A DNA stretch of 63,190 bases, counting the filler, from Pelomyxa schiedti (lineage: Eukaryota; Protista; Evosea): assembly GCA_020536535.1 (NCBI GenBank). It is 7 parts of 7 records of this genome, joined end to end, with 100 filler letters (N's around TTAATTAATTAA, not from the genome) between each part and the next. Parts side by side here need not be neighbours in the genome. Positions count along the whole stretch, not along the records: positions 1 to 20,037 come from JAHLWZ010001098.1; 6 more parts are not named here. One strand, given 5' to 3'. Under the pieces are notes generated by a model. It saw only the letters and a list, made by a program, of their open reading frames with translations. It searched no databases and was not told the DNA's origin. Numbering within the stretch: the stretch's first letter is position 1; every line of letters begins with the position of its first letter. The position numbers and the translations under genes are program-made. Below are positions 1 through 11,500 of this stretch, one piece after another.

Positions 1-1707
1 CAGAGCGGACGGGTATGCAGGCGCTGTTGGGGCAGAACACCGTGGGTTGGTTCGTCCGAGACATGCTCCGCGTGGCTCCGGTCGACCCCCTCGACGTCGT
101 CAGCCTCCTGGAGGCTCTCGGGGCCGAGGCCGCGCTCGAGTCCCAGCTGCTGGCCCGGCACGTGCGGCTGCCGCGGCACGTGGACTCCCACAGCCCCGCC
201 GCGGACCGCGACCGGCTGGCGGAGGTGCTGGCCCAGTGCGTGTGCAGGGGGTGGAGGCGGGCGGTCCGCTGGGTTGTGCAGGCGGCCCCGTGCCTGCGGC
301 CCAGGGAGCAGCCCGCGGGCCCGCCGGGGATCACGGGCAGGTGGATACTGAGGCAGGTCCTGTCCGCGTGTGCTGGGGCTCAGGACTGGGACGTCCTTAG
401 GGGGCTGATTGTCGGTTCGCGGCTGGAGAGGGCTGACATGGAGTATGGCGGCAATATTCTTTTGGCCTCGGCCCTACGTTATGGCAACGTGGAGGTAGGT
501 TTCGTGTCAAAAAAAAAAAAAATGATGACTATATTTTTTATATGATATACAAATGCTCGAACTCATACTTTTCTCACACTTGCACATCCCAGCTTGCAGA
601 ATGGATGCACAGGCAATTTGGCTTCTCTAGAAGGGAGTTTGTAGAGAGTTCAGAAACTGTCTGCCCTGTGTGGATTTCGTGAATTCCAATACTATATGTC
701 GTGTAACATTGGGCTGACTTTTTACCAAGAGATCCATAGAATGGTTTTTATCCCACAAGTGGCCAGACCCTGTTTTACCTGGAGACAACCTGTGGATTCG
801 CCTGCTCATCAATTCCATCAGGAGCGGTCACTCTTCTGCCGATATTATCAGGATCATCAACAAATGTCCCACAGAGGGTGATTCATCACTCATTGGTGAC
901 TTGATAGTAACTGCAACGGAATGCAGCCGAAGAGATATCTTGGAGCATTTGCTCGAGAGGCTCGTTCATTGGGAGTACAGCGCCACATCCAAGTGGGCCA
1001 CTTTGATATGTGAGAAAAAGTGGTATGACCTGCTTCTTGCTGTTCTTTCAAGGATCGAGCCGAGAGACCCTGAATCTCATCAGTGCGAGATGCAGACGTG
1101 CGTTGAAACCTTTTGTGACGATCACCAGATAGAGATATGGGTGTCGAACTTCCATATTACGGCAAGATACATTGACATCGAGCCGCTAGTACGGAGCATC
1201 ATTAGGAATCGGGGAATTCTGAATCGTCTGCCCAGGTTCGGCGTTCAGAATTCAGATATGAGCCGGTTCTTCTTCCCAGACTTTCAGATGCGTGGCAGGC
1301 AATTGGGCTTTGCTGCCCTTATAGATTTACCTTTTGATGTTGTCAGATACCTGGTGGATATGTGCCAAGTCCCAATGGCTCCCTACCTGATGTGGCTCCC
1401 TCGTGGAACAATGCTTGATAATTGGCGCCTCTATGGTGCCGCCTACACAAGGCTTGATACCCCCGTCTTTGTCGAGAAAGTGATTTGGTACGCGCATGCC
1501 TCACATCACTGTTCCTGCACCTCAATGTCAGTTGCAATGTCTGTGCTACAATGGATACCCCTTGCCAATCTGGCCCAGATTTTGGGGAACGCAGCCGCCG
1601 TGAGAATGAGAGAGCTGCCCGAAAACGAGGTGTGTGAGAGCTGTGTTCAGCTTTGGGCACGGTTCAACGAAGCCAGGTGCGCACCCTCAGCGGGTTCATC
1701 TCTATGA
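1..1707 (+). CDS. Multi-exon hypothetical protein with weak ankyrin-like helical repeats (5' end uncertain)
   Basis: ORFs 15..545 and 901..1707 are linked by short introns (e.g. GTAGGT at ~495 to CCCAG at ~592). Segments such as LASALRYGNVE-LAEWM and ECSRRDILEHLL resemble ankyrin repeats. No firm family assignment. Confidence 0.45.
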
Positions 1708-2828
1708 ATTCCGTAACCCCAACAAGTTGTCAATCAAAAAAAAGTTCTTTTTTTGTGACTATTTCGTAAGAACGAACGATCGTCAAGGCGACGGCTTGCT
1801 GGTTCATAAATTTAAATGCGGCTGCTTGTTTTGGTTGCTTGTTTTGTACGTCTCATTGTATTTGTTGTCCATAGACTAATTCGACGGATGGTGTGATGAA
1901 AGGTGCAAGACACTCTTACTCTTAGACCGTAATTTTCTGACTGCTTTCACATGGGGGGCTCAATGCCTCTTTGTTGTTTGAGCCGCTTCCAATTCTTCTG
2001 TGATTTTCGTGCATATACGAGAGCCTTGTGTCTTACCATCTTTTCAGTCGATATGTGCAAGACTGAAGCACCAGAGCCTAGTCGAAACTCCGCACCCATA
2101 TAGTTTCTTCAGTGCCGCGAAACATCCTCATTACACTGAGTTTCGAAGCTATGGGTTCCAATTGTGAGAGAAAACCTTGAGGTCTCCAATTCCGCATACA
2201 GCCACGTTATGTTTCTGTTTGAGAAAGACTTTGTGATTGGGACTGTGAATGGTTTCAGCAAAGGCAGAGTTACTTTTTTTCACATTGCAGTATATCTTTC
2301 GTAATCATTACAAAAATGGTGGAACTGGCTGGCTCTACTCTCGTTACAGTATTGCGATGTATACCACATGTATGTATTTAGAGGCTAGACCTTTCTTGAC
2401 TTCTTCCCTCAATAATTCAGCTTATCACCGGTGTTTTAGGATACATCGGAAAGGAAACCGGACCAGTATCTCCCGTAACTATACCATGTGTGATCACATC
2501 TGTTTTTCAAGTAGTTTCGCCATCACTGATAACATCCAGATATTCCTCAAGGACCACTTCTGAATTGGTTCCTTCTTCCAAAGAGTTTTTTCATCCTGAA
2601 TTCTTTTCTTGATTGAAATATCAACTGGATACATCCGCTCCTGTATCTACTTTTACGGTGACAAGATGTCCACACGGCAATTCCACTTGTTGCATGCAAC
2701 AAGTTATCGCAACTCTGATCTAACTATCATCAGTCGTTTGCAACCAGAATTGAGGCACAAAATCAATGCCTTACCTACATGTATTCCTAAGTATAATGTA
2801 ACATATGAGCGATCATAGCCGCTTCTGT

Positions 2829-3042
2829 TTGGTGTTGCCACTCCTGCCCGTTCACAGCCTCGTAACCCCTCGTAACTTTGTGAATTAATGCCAAAAACAG
2901 CTCCCATTTCAAATTAATTTTCCTATTCGGAAACGGTGATCACGGTGTTGCCTTGCTTGTTCTCAGGAGGCTTTTGCTTGTTGGGAAACGAACACAAACG
3001 CTTGTGGTGGAGCACTGGGTGGTGCAGGAGTGGCAACACCAA
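2829..3042. repeat. Inverted repeat pair, 19-bp perfect arms about 176 bp apart (MITE-like)
   Basis: TTGGTGTTGCCACTCCTGC (2829-2847) is the exact reverse complement of GCAGGAGTGGCAACACCAA (3024-3042), with imperfect outward extension. Confidence 0.7.
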
Positions 3043-4631
3043 CAGCAGCCGTTCGGTGGGTGACTAGGCCTTCGACTGTACGGTGTACTTTACAACGCCG
3101 TTAGGGAAAAAAAAAACAAAAAACTCGTATGCGGGTGTGCGGCGCCGAACAAGGGAGGACAGAATGTAGTGAAATGAAATGAAGTTGGAAGCTATTACAA
3201 AAGGTCTGCAAATATGCTCTTGGTGGTGTCTGCCTTCCTCTTGTGGGCACAGGTGATTCCCACAGGGTTTGGACTGTGGCGTGCGCACAGTGGTAGCTTG
3301 ATACAATGTGATTGGTGTATCTTGTGTTTCCATAGGTAGGTGAGCTTGAGATTCTTCAGGACACTCTGTGGAATCTATGTGGATCTGGAGACTCAATGAT
3401 CCTGGCTCCCTTTGTCTCTTCCCTTCCTCTCCCCTATGGGCACCATGTTTGCCTTTGTGTCATGAGAGTGAGCTAAGGCCTTCAGCACAAAGACACGCAT
3501 CTAATCCCGAAATTCAAGGGCAGCTAACCATTTTAAATCTCCATATCCATGGACCTCTCTACTAGAAATTTCTAAAGTAATTGGCTATATATATAAGAGT
3601 ATAAGAGTCTCTTAAATTCTACATTTCAGATTGCCTGGCATTTCAGGCTGGTATATACACTAATCTTGCCACATTAATATGAAACCATTTCGCAGAGAAG
3701 ATGCAGATGATAATTGAGCATCCCCCAATGGTGAAACCTTATTTCACAGAAGTATGCAAAGCAAATTGCCACTGGTTATACTACTGCAGCTATGGACTCA
3801 TTCCGGTGTGTGTTGCTGGTATTGGTGATCACCAAGGTAAATCCCCCTCCCCCTTTTCATCATCACCCCATTCAAACATAATAGGTAACCCAGACTGACA
3901 GGCAGGTCCAGGAGAATATGTGTGGCTTTACTCCACTTTCTCACATTCATTTACACCCTCAATCTTTTTGTGGGCTCTTAGGGTCCCACACTCTCTTTTC
4001 CTTTTTCCTTCTTCCTTTCTCTTTTTGCTTACTTGTTGCCAGGGTTGATTCAGATATCAGTGACTACACTTCATCTATGGTAGCTCACCATATGTTTGTG
4101 CTCAGTGTACACCCGCAAATTAAGTGCGTCACTACTCTACATTTTTGGTTCTTATTTTCAGTTCAGCACCTTTATGGAGGGGAACAAAACAAGTATTCCT
4201 CTATTACCAGTATTGAAGATTGTGGTGTAAAACATTGGCAATGCCAGTCTGGCCATTCCTTCACACCAACTCCGCCACACTTTCATACCACAAACCTCTT
4301 ACACCAACTTGGTTTGTATTGTCTAGCCCATAAGTACAAGCCGGGAAAAAAACAACTGTTTTTAAGGGCTTCCACATGTAAGAACTTTGCCCTCTAAGGC
4401 CCATCTATGGTTGCAACGAACATTGCATTGTTCAGATGTAAGACCACATCTTTGGCTTTCAAACAGTGTCTCAATGACTCTTGGCCATATTTGGCACAAA
4501 AAAAGTAAAGAAAATATATAGAGGTTTTTGTAAAAGGTGTGTTATTTTTTAGCATCATTGATGATAGAATACAGTAATACACGGCCCAGTTTTCTAAAAC
4601 AATGTGCACTATCACCTGCCAACGCCAGCCA

Positions 4632-4837
4632 GGCAATCCGGAATCAGAGCGAAGCCGGAAGACCAAAAGCCAACGAGGCGGTACCAACTGGGAGCAGCAA
4701 AGGAGGAAGGAAGCGGAAGCCGAGCATCAGCAATGCGCACTATCTTGGGGTGGTCTGCGCCTGCGCAGGATACCGCGGGGGAATGGCAGCCCAGAGGCCA
4801 GCCGGGCAATCCGGAATCAGAGCGAAGCCGGAAGACC
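4632..4837. repeat. 33-bp direct repeat pair flanking a GC-rich 140-bp core
   Basis: GGCAATCCGGAATCAGAGCGAAGCCGGAAGACC occurs at 4632-4664 and 4805-4837. Confidence 0.8.
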
Positions 4838-6218
4838 CTATATTATAACTGTGTGTATTTGCACTTGAATTCAGAAGAGAACCCACGGAACCAACACTGT
4901 TAAAGGTTGGATACCAAATGGATTCACATGCCTTTTGCATCAAGTGTATCCCGAAACCTGGATATGCCGACTCCAGGACGTTATATTATGGAAATATAGT
5001 GGAGAATACAACAACAGGTTCCTTTGGAATGATATGGCTGAGAGTCCTACTGGAAATGGAAACTACCACTATTTTCCTATAAGGAATACAAATGGGTACA
5101 AACCTGGTATGGCTTAAATCCTCACATTTTGCCCAGGTTTGGTCTTTACTCTTGAGCCACTTGTCAGACATTGTATGTGCATGATTATCATCATTTCTGC
5201 ACTGGCATGTGCACTGTGATTTCCGTCCATATCAGTTCACGAACCTGTCCTGCCAGCCGCGGTTCAGAAGTGCCACCTGTTGAATTAACGAGAATGCACG
5301 AACCGAATCGTTTAACAACACGCAGAGACCACTGTGTGGTATTGACCGATACCATTCATGACGGCGTCGTCACTTTAATTTAATTGTCTATCGTGTTCTC
5401 CCAACTTGGTTAGTGATCAGAGTTCTCTGCTACAGGTATGAAAGGGGATGGCTGAAACGGTGGCTGCTTGACTCCAACCAACAAGTGCCTGTGTGATTGT
5501 TAGAAAACACCGAGTTGTGCAGGAAAGAAGACCTTCTCAATCAAATGTTTTCAGTGGGAGGGTTTTTATGTTGTTGTGATTGCAGGTGGCCAAACCCGCA
5601 AGCTAAACACTGGACACTGTTGGGCTCCATCAGCTCGCTGCACTGACGGCTTAGCGGTGCCTCGTTGCGGAGCCCACAGCCCTGCGTTGGGCAAGGCAGC
5701 AGAGGATGCCTGGCCCCATTGGCGTTTTCATCAGAAAAGTGATAGTGCCAGCCAAAAAAGGCCGTGGTGGCTACAGAACCCTCACGGGAGGCAGGTTCCC
5801 CGATGCACTGGATTGGGCTCTGGCGGAATGGAGGTGACGAGCGCTTTTCCCTGGCACCTGGACTTTGTTTCCCAATATCTCTTTGAGTCCGGGTGCATAA
5901 TTTGCCCGATAAGGCAATTTCTATTTTTTGTGACAACAGCAAGGACTTGGGCGCCCCAACAGGGGCCCTTGGGGGTTACTTGACAACCCCCATGAACACA
6001 GCCACACACCCACGGGCAAGCAAGTCCTGTTGAGGAGATCTCGAAAAAAAAATTCCAAAAAAAATAAATTTCTCAGTCTTTTTTAACGGTAAAATTATGC
6101 ACCCGGACTCAAAGAGATATGTTTGATCGATCGAATCCGAGTGTTGCATCTCCCCCTCAGACGATCACCCTCTGCACACCTTGAAATTTTTTGTTGTTTT
6201 CACGAAACCAAACAAACG

Positions 6219-7655
6219 ATGGCATCGGGCAACAACAAGGCGCAGTCGCTGCAGCGCAAGCAGTGGCGGGGAGCGGCGGTGTCGGTGGTCGCGATGGTCA
6301 GCGCCGGCGACCAGTTCGCGGCGCTGATGGCGTCGTCCCTGCCGCGGTGCGGGGCGCTCAGCCCGGCCGGCCCCGTGTGCCTCGTCGCGCCGCTGGCCCG
6401 CCACCTCTGGTGCGAGTGGGTCGCGGGGCCGGGCTGCGCCGCGGTGGCGTCGGTCACCCTGGCGCTCGTGAGCAAGGGGGGAGGCGCCTCCCGGGGGCAG
6501 CGGTCGGTGGCGTTCGGCGTGTCCCGCACCACGCTGGGCGTCGCGACGCGGGGCGGGCGCGTCGTCGGCACCACGGGCGACACGGCGAGCTGGGCGGCGC
6601 CCGGCGTCTCGCTGCAGAGGACCTGGGGCATGTTTGGCGCGATTTCGCTGCGGCTGCAGAGGCGAGGCTGGGGCACGGCCACCGCCACGACCACGGGGAC
6701 GGGGACGGAGCGTGACGGGGTCCTGCGTATCAGCAGGGAGGGTGTTGTGTGCGACGCCGTGAATTCCAAGTGGTGGGTCACGTGCGAGAGGGAGGTGGTC
6801 AGAGATAAGAGAGGAGGAACTGTAAGTGCAAGCAACTGCGTGACACTGGCGGTAACTGGAATTCACTGCTACACCACAGCCACGGCCACAACCATAACCA
6901 CAACCACTAGTTCCTGTGAGACGGCGGGACTGACTGTACCGTGCACTGCTGGGATTGATGTTCCGTGGGTGACTTGGGAGGCAAATACCAGAATGAGGAT
7001 GTTCATGAACAACATCTTTCCAGACGAGGCACTATTTGCCCTCAGCTGCGTTTCCACCCAGGAGGTTTCCCTCACGCTGTTTGATGTCCACCAGGCACGC
7101 GAATCAAGGAGAATTTCAGTGCTGGCGCGTACGTCAATGGGGACAAGAGGAATGCAGGATGGTGCTTGTTCTGCTTTGGTGGCTGTGCCATCGTTCCAAG
7201 GCGTTCCTGTTCATGCGTTGGTGTTGAGGAGGAGGAAGACTGACGGCTCTATTGTCTTCATCTTGAAGCCATTATTGGGCACAGTATACCAGGTTGAGGC
7301 CGCAACAGGTCTGACAACGGTGTTGTCGGTGAGGTGCTCAGACCTGTCACAGCTGAGTGACACCATGTTCTGCATTGGGAGGGCCTATGGCTGCGAGAAG
7401 TCCTACGAACTGTGGGACTGCCACAACGTGGAGCAACCAGTGAGGTGCTTCCAAAGCGGTGACAACTTCGACCAGGTAATTGCAGGCTGCGGATTCCTGT
7501 TCGCAGTGAGCGAGAGGGACAGGAAGATACACGTGATTGACGCGTCGTCAGGGCTGGCTGCCATGATCACCCTCGATGTGCTGTTTGCCTCCACGTTTTA
7601 CATCAACCAGCAGTCATCTCTCTTCGTCTCATGCTCACTCTTTGAGGGGTGGTGA
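6219..7655 (+). CDS. Intronless hypothetical protein of a lineage-expanded orphan family (DQFxAL..RCG..EWV..GVSxTLG motif, Thr-rich inserts)
   Basis: Long uninterrupted ORF with ATG at 6219. It shares motifs with the ORFs at 59625-60669(-) and 60812-61283(+). Confidence 0.75.
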   Translation: MASGNNKAQSLQRKQWRGAAVSVVAMVSAGDQFAALMASSLPRCGALSPAGPVCLVAPLARHLWCEWVAGPGCAAVASVTLALVSKGGGASRGQRSVAFGVSRTTLGVATRGGRVVGTTGDTASWAAPGVSLQRTWGMFGAISLRLQRRGWGTATATTTGTGTERDGVLRISREGVVCDAVNSKWWVTCEREVVRDKRGGTVSASNCVTLAVTGIHCYTTATATTITTTTSSCETAGLTVPCTAGIDVPWVTWEANTRMRMFMNNIFPDEALFALSCVSTQEVSLTLFDVHQARESRRISVLARTSMGTRGMQDGACSALVAVPSFQGVPVHALVLRRRKTDGSIVFILKPLLGTVYQVEAATGLTTVLSVRCSDLSQLSDTMFCIGRAYGCEKSYELWDCHNVEQPVRCFQSGDNFDQVIAGCGFLFAVSERDRKIHVIDASSGLAAMITLDVLFASTFYINQQSSLFVSCSLFEGW

Positions 7656-8540
7656 ACAGCCACTTTTTTTTTGTTTGATGGGGTGTCTGTTACACGAAAG
7701 CCTCTCACGTGACGTTCTGGTTGTGTGCTCGAGCGCGCTGCACGAGGTGCCTTCGCGTTCTGATTTCCATGGTGTGCTGTTTTCCTCCTTCAGTTCATCT
7801 TACTCAAGCATGTTGGCGCAGATTGGCCAGTCTGAACTACACGGCCGCGGAATATCCTGAGATGACCATTGCACGCTTTGGATGATTCTTTCACTTCATA
7901 TCTGCATGACAACAAAGAGGCTGAAATTCAACACGAAAAGGTTGGTTCCCTGCTTTTACTGGATCACGGCCTAATGGAAAAGTAAGGATTTCCTTTTCCT
8001 ACCCCATTTTAATTTGTGCACAGTACTTTGGCTCTCGCAACCTCACTGGTGAACTTGATTTCTGGGATACAGCCAGACCTTCTCAAGAATTGGGTCCGTT
8101 CCACTGAGGCACATCGCACTACCTCACTGGTGTAGATTCCATTCTTCATCTTTTTTTGCTTAACTTTCAAAGACCCAATTTGAGCAATACTGCCCATAAT
8201 TCTTCAGATTGTTCACCAGGTTGATCCAGACACATGATGAACAATATGAACTCCTTTACCCTGACACAATCTACATCATTGACTCACTGTATAAAATGAA
8301 ATTTCATGTTCTTTCTTTCGCGTGTCTTTTCCGGCTCCAAAAACCACTACGCCTGGCTGAATAAAATAATCACCAGACCGGAACGCTGTCATTTTCCTGT
8401 CATCTCAAGGTGTTTTTTTTTATAAAAATCACCTGATGGTCTGCGAAATGATCGATCATTTCGGCCGAAAGTGGACAACGAAATTTTGGGCAACGAAAGT
8501 TTTTTTTGGAACGAAGGTTTCTAATCATACGGTAAGAAGC

Positions 8541-11500
8541 TCAAGGCCTCTCAGAGAACATCCTCTTGATCTTGGCCTCCATCAAGAGACTGCGCTTGAG
8601 CAGTGCCGCCCTGTACTCCACAGCCACCCAAACGTCAAACTTGTCGGCTGAGGCTGCAGCAGTGGCGCCATCAGCATACACTCCTCCCGCCTGCCACTTG
8701 TGCGTGGGGTATTTCAGGCCACCCTTGTCGTTCCTCTCTCCCTGTTTGTTGGGTGCCGTTAGGAGTGGAGGAAAAGGGAGGCGGATGGATGGCGGCAGTA
8801 CCTTGAGCCAGATCGGGCCATGCTCTTCGCCCGCAAGGAGGGCAAGGTGGCCATCGGGGGCGCCTTCGTTCTTCCAGACCATGCCTCCATCGCCACTGCC
8901 ATTGTAAAGGGCGAGGTGCACTTCGCCAAAGGTGCTGGTTGCGTCCAAATCGCTGTGGTCATGCAGGCCACAGTCCACACCAAGGCCGGCCGCCCAGAAC
9001 TGAATGCTGGCCACGGGGGTCCCGCCCACGTTAATGTGGATGTAGCGCGAGTTGAAGAAGCGCTCGAACGGGGGGAATGGCTTCCAGGGCATCACTATTG
9101 CGTTCCCGTTGGGCAGAACCCACTGCAGTGTTGAGGTATCTGTGACTTCTTTGGCTGCCCCATAAAGCTTCGTGAACAGCATGAACAGTGCTCCTTCTGG
9201 TCCAGCCTGAACCAATGGATCTTTTGTTTTTATGGGCGCAATGAGTGAAGCGTTTTTCTGAGTGAGTACATACTGCGCAATATTGCGGACCGCTTTTCGC
9301 GGGGATTGGCCAAGATTGGGATGAATGGGTTAGAAAGGCCACCTGCGAGAATCTTGACGTAGCTCTCGAAACCGTCCACCAGCCCTGGCATGAAGGCATG
9401 TGCATAAGGAGGCAGCAACATGATGCGCATGCAGTGTGTCTCTGTACCCTGTGCGTGGAGGATAAGCGGCTCTGAAATGTACCTTGCCCCCTCTGCTGAT
9501 GGCTCGATTTGGGCAAACGAGATAGAGAGCTCGCATGCATCTGCAGATGAGACTTGCTTCTGGTATGCAACTTCCTTCCACCTCTGACAAGTTCGGAACG
9601 GCATTCGGGTGAGAGGCGACGCATCGAGGGATGGGGTGAGAGTATTCGAGAAAACTGCCACTCGGCTGTTGCATGCTTCAAAGTAGCCAGCCACAGAGTA
9701 TCCAATCGTGGCAATGTCACTGAGATTTTATGTTATAAAAAAAAAGAGGAAAGGATGTAAAAATGGAGAAGAGATAGAACAGTAGAGATGGGGAATAGAG
9801 TTGGGGAGATGAGTGAAGTTGACACTTACATTGAACCGTTGCCGTCCCAGTCACCCACCGCAATCCTGGCGGCACTGTCTTGCGTGAGCCGGTACTTGAT
9901 GAACTTGACGTCGTCTGGAGAGGACATGCTGCACTTGTACATGAAAACACCCTCAGCAGGAGCAGGACCCCTCAGTGCGACAAGCAATTCTTCTTCCCCA
10001 TCTTTGTTGATGTCTGCAGTGATCAAGTGATGCGCCGGGCCCTCCTCTTTCTTGTTGGGCACGCCGTACACATCCACGATATGCTGTGACCATCCCCCTG
10101 ACGGTCTCTGCACATACACAGTCAGCACATACCCATGGAACGGTTCTATCGCCGCAATACACTCCTTGCCACTGTGCCTGAATGTGGTCACGTTGCCACA
10201 TCCATTGAATACCTTGCCGTGGACCTCTCCTTTGGTGATTGACTCCATCTGCCAAACAAGTCAAAAAAAGAAGGGGACTGACTGAAGAGTTACATTAAAG
10301 ACACCAGCAGCAGGATCATAAACAAACTTTGTCAAACCCTCCTGTGACGCAATGATGAAGGAGTCAAGCCCTGTTGCTGGGTTCTTCATCAGACATACTT
10401 CATGAATCACATGGAATGTCGAACCCTCTGAATGAAGGAGGAAAAAGGGGAGGAGACACTACGTCAGAGGAAGGGGAGGCCATAAAGTGCACATACTCGT
10501 GTCAATTCTGGTGGCCTCCCAGCTTGTTGCGTTTATCACATCTGTTGGTGCCGTGAACAAGCACAGAGGGATAGGAGCTCCAAAATCTCCAACTGCTCCC
10601 ACGATCGGCAAGCCCAGAACCTTGTTGGGATTTAGAACAGGCTTTGGGGTAAGGAATTGAAGAACACACCTGAATACGTGTTGCATCAGTGAAATGACCG
10701 ACACGAAGCCGGTGCATGGACATTGACTGGCCAATGTAGTGCTGCTTCCATGGCACTGTCCCTCCAGTCCCTGGATTCTCGAGCCACGCGATCTTGCCAC
10801 CATTTGGATCAGGTTCCTTCATGTTTTTGCCATATTCGTAGCATGTGATCAAGTCTGGGTAGCCATTGCCTGTGATGTCCCACGTGTCTGTGGAAACTGG
10901 TCCAATCAACTTGAAAATTGTTGTTTTGGGAGGGGGAGGGGAATTTTGGTCAGCAACAATGGCGGGGTAGGAGAGCAAAGGAAAAAAACACAAGCATCCA
11001 TTCACATTACCTCTTGAATCACTTGGCCAGGTGACCACTTTCCACCACCAAGGTTGTCATAGACGGTGATCTGGCCCTTCCCAAGGCCGTAAGCAATGAG
11101 GTCAGACCTGCCGGTCCTGTGAAGGTCTGCAGTGTGGATCCAGTACCCATCATTAAGCTTATCGGCAAGGACCGTGCGAACCATGCGGGGACACAGGTTG
11201 AGCTCGAGGGTCACCACAACGTACTTGCCCTTGGTCACAGGTTCGTTGGGCTGACCAAACCTCACCAGGGTCACACGGCAGGTGTCATCCAGGAAGACCG
11301 CAGGGGATGTCTTGCTGGCGAGGAATTCAGTGAGGCTGGGAACGACCGGCAGCGGGAACCTCGGCTCGTTTCCAATGCGCACAAAGACGGTGTACTTCTT
11401 CCATATGTCGTTGTGGTTTGCGTCATGGTGGAAGGCAACACACAACCACTTGGTGTGGTCAGCGATGGTGGGTTCTGGTACATCAGGGCCGTTGAGGCAG

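Noticed and set aside
1900-2820. Possible decayed coding or transposase sequence
   Set aside because: Short interrupted ORFs with no motif I can recognise.
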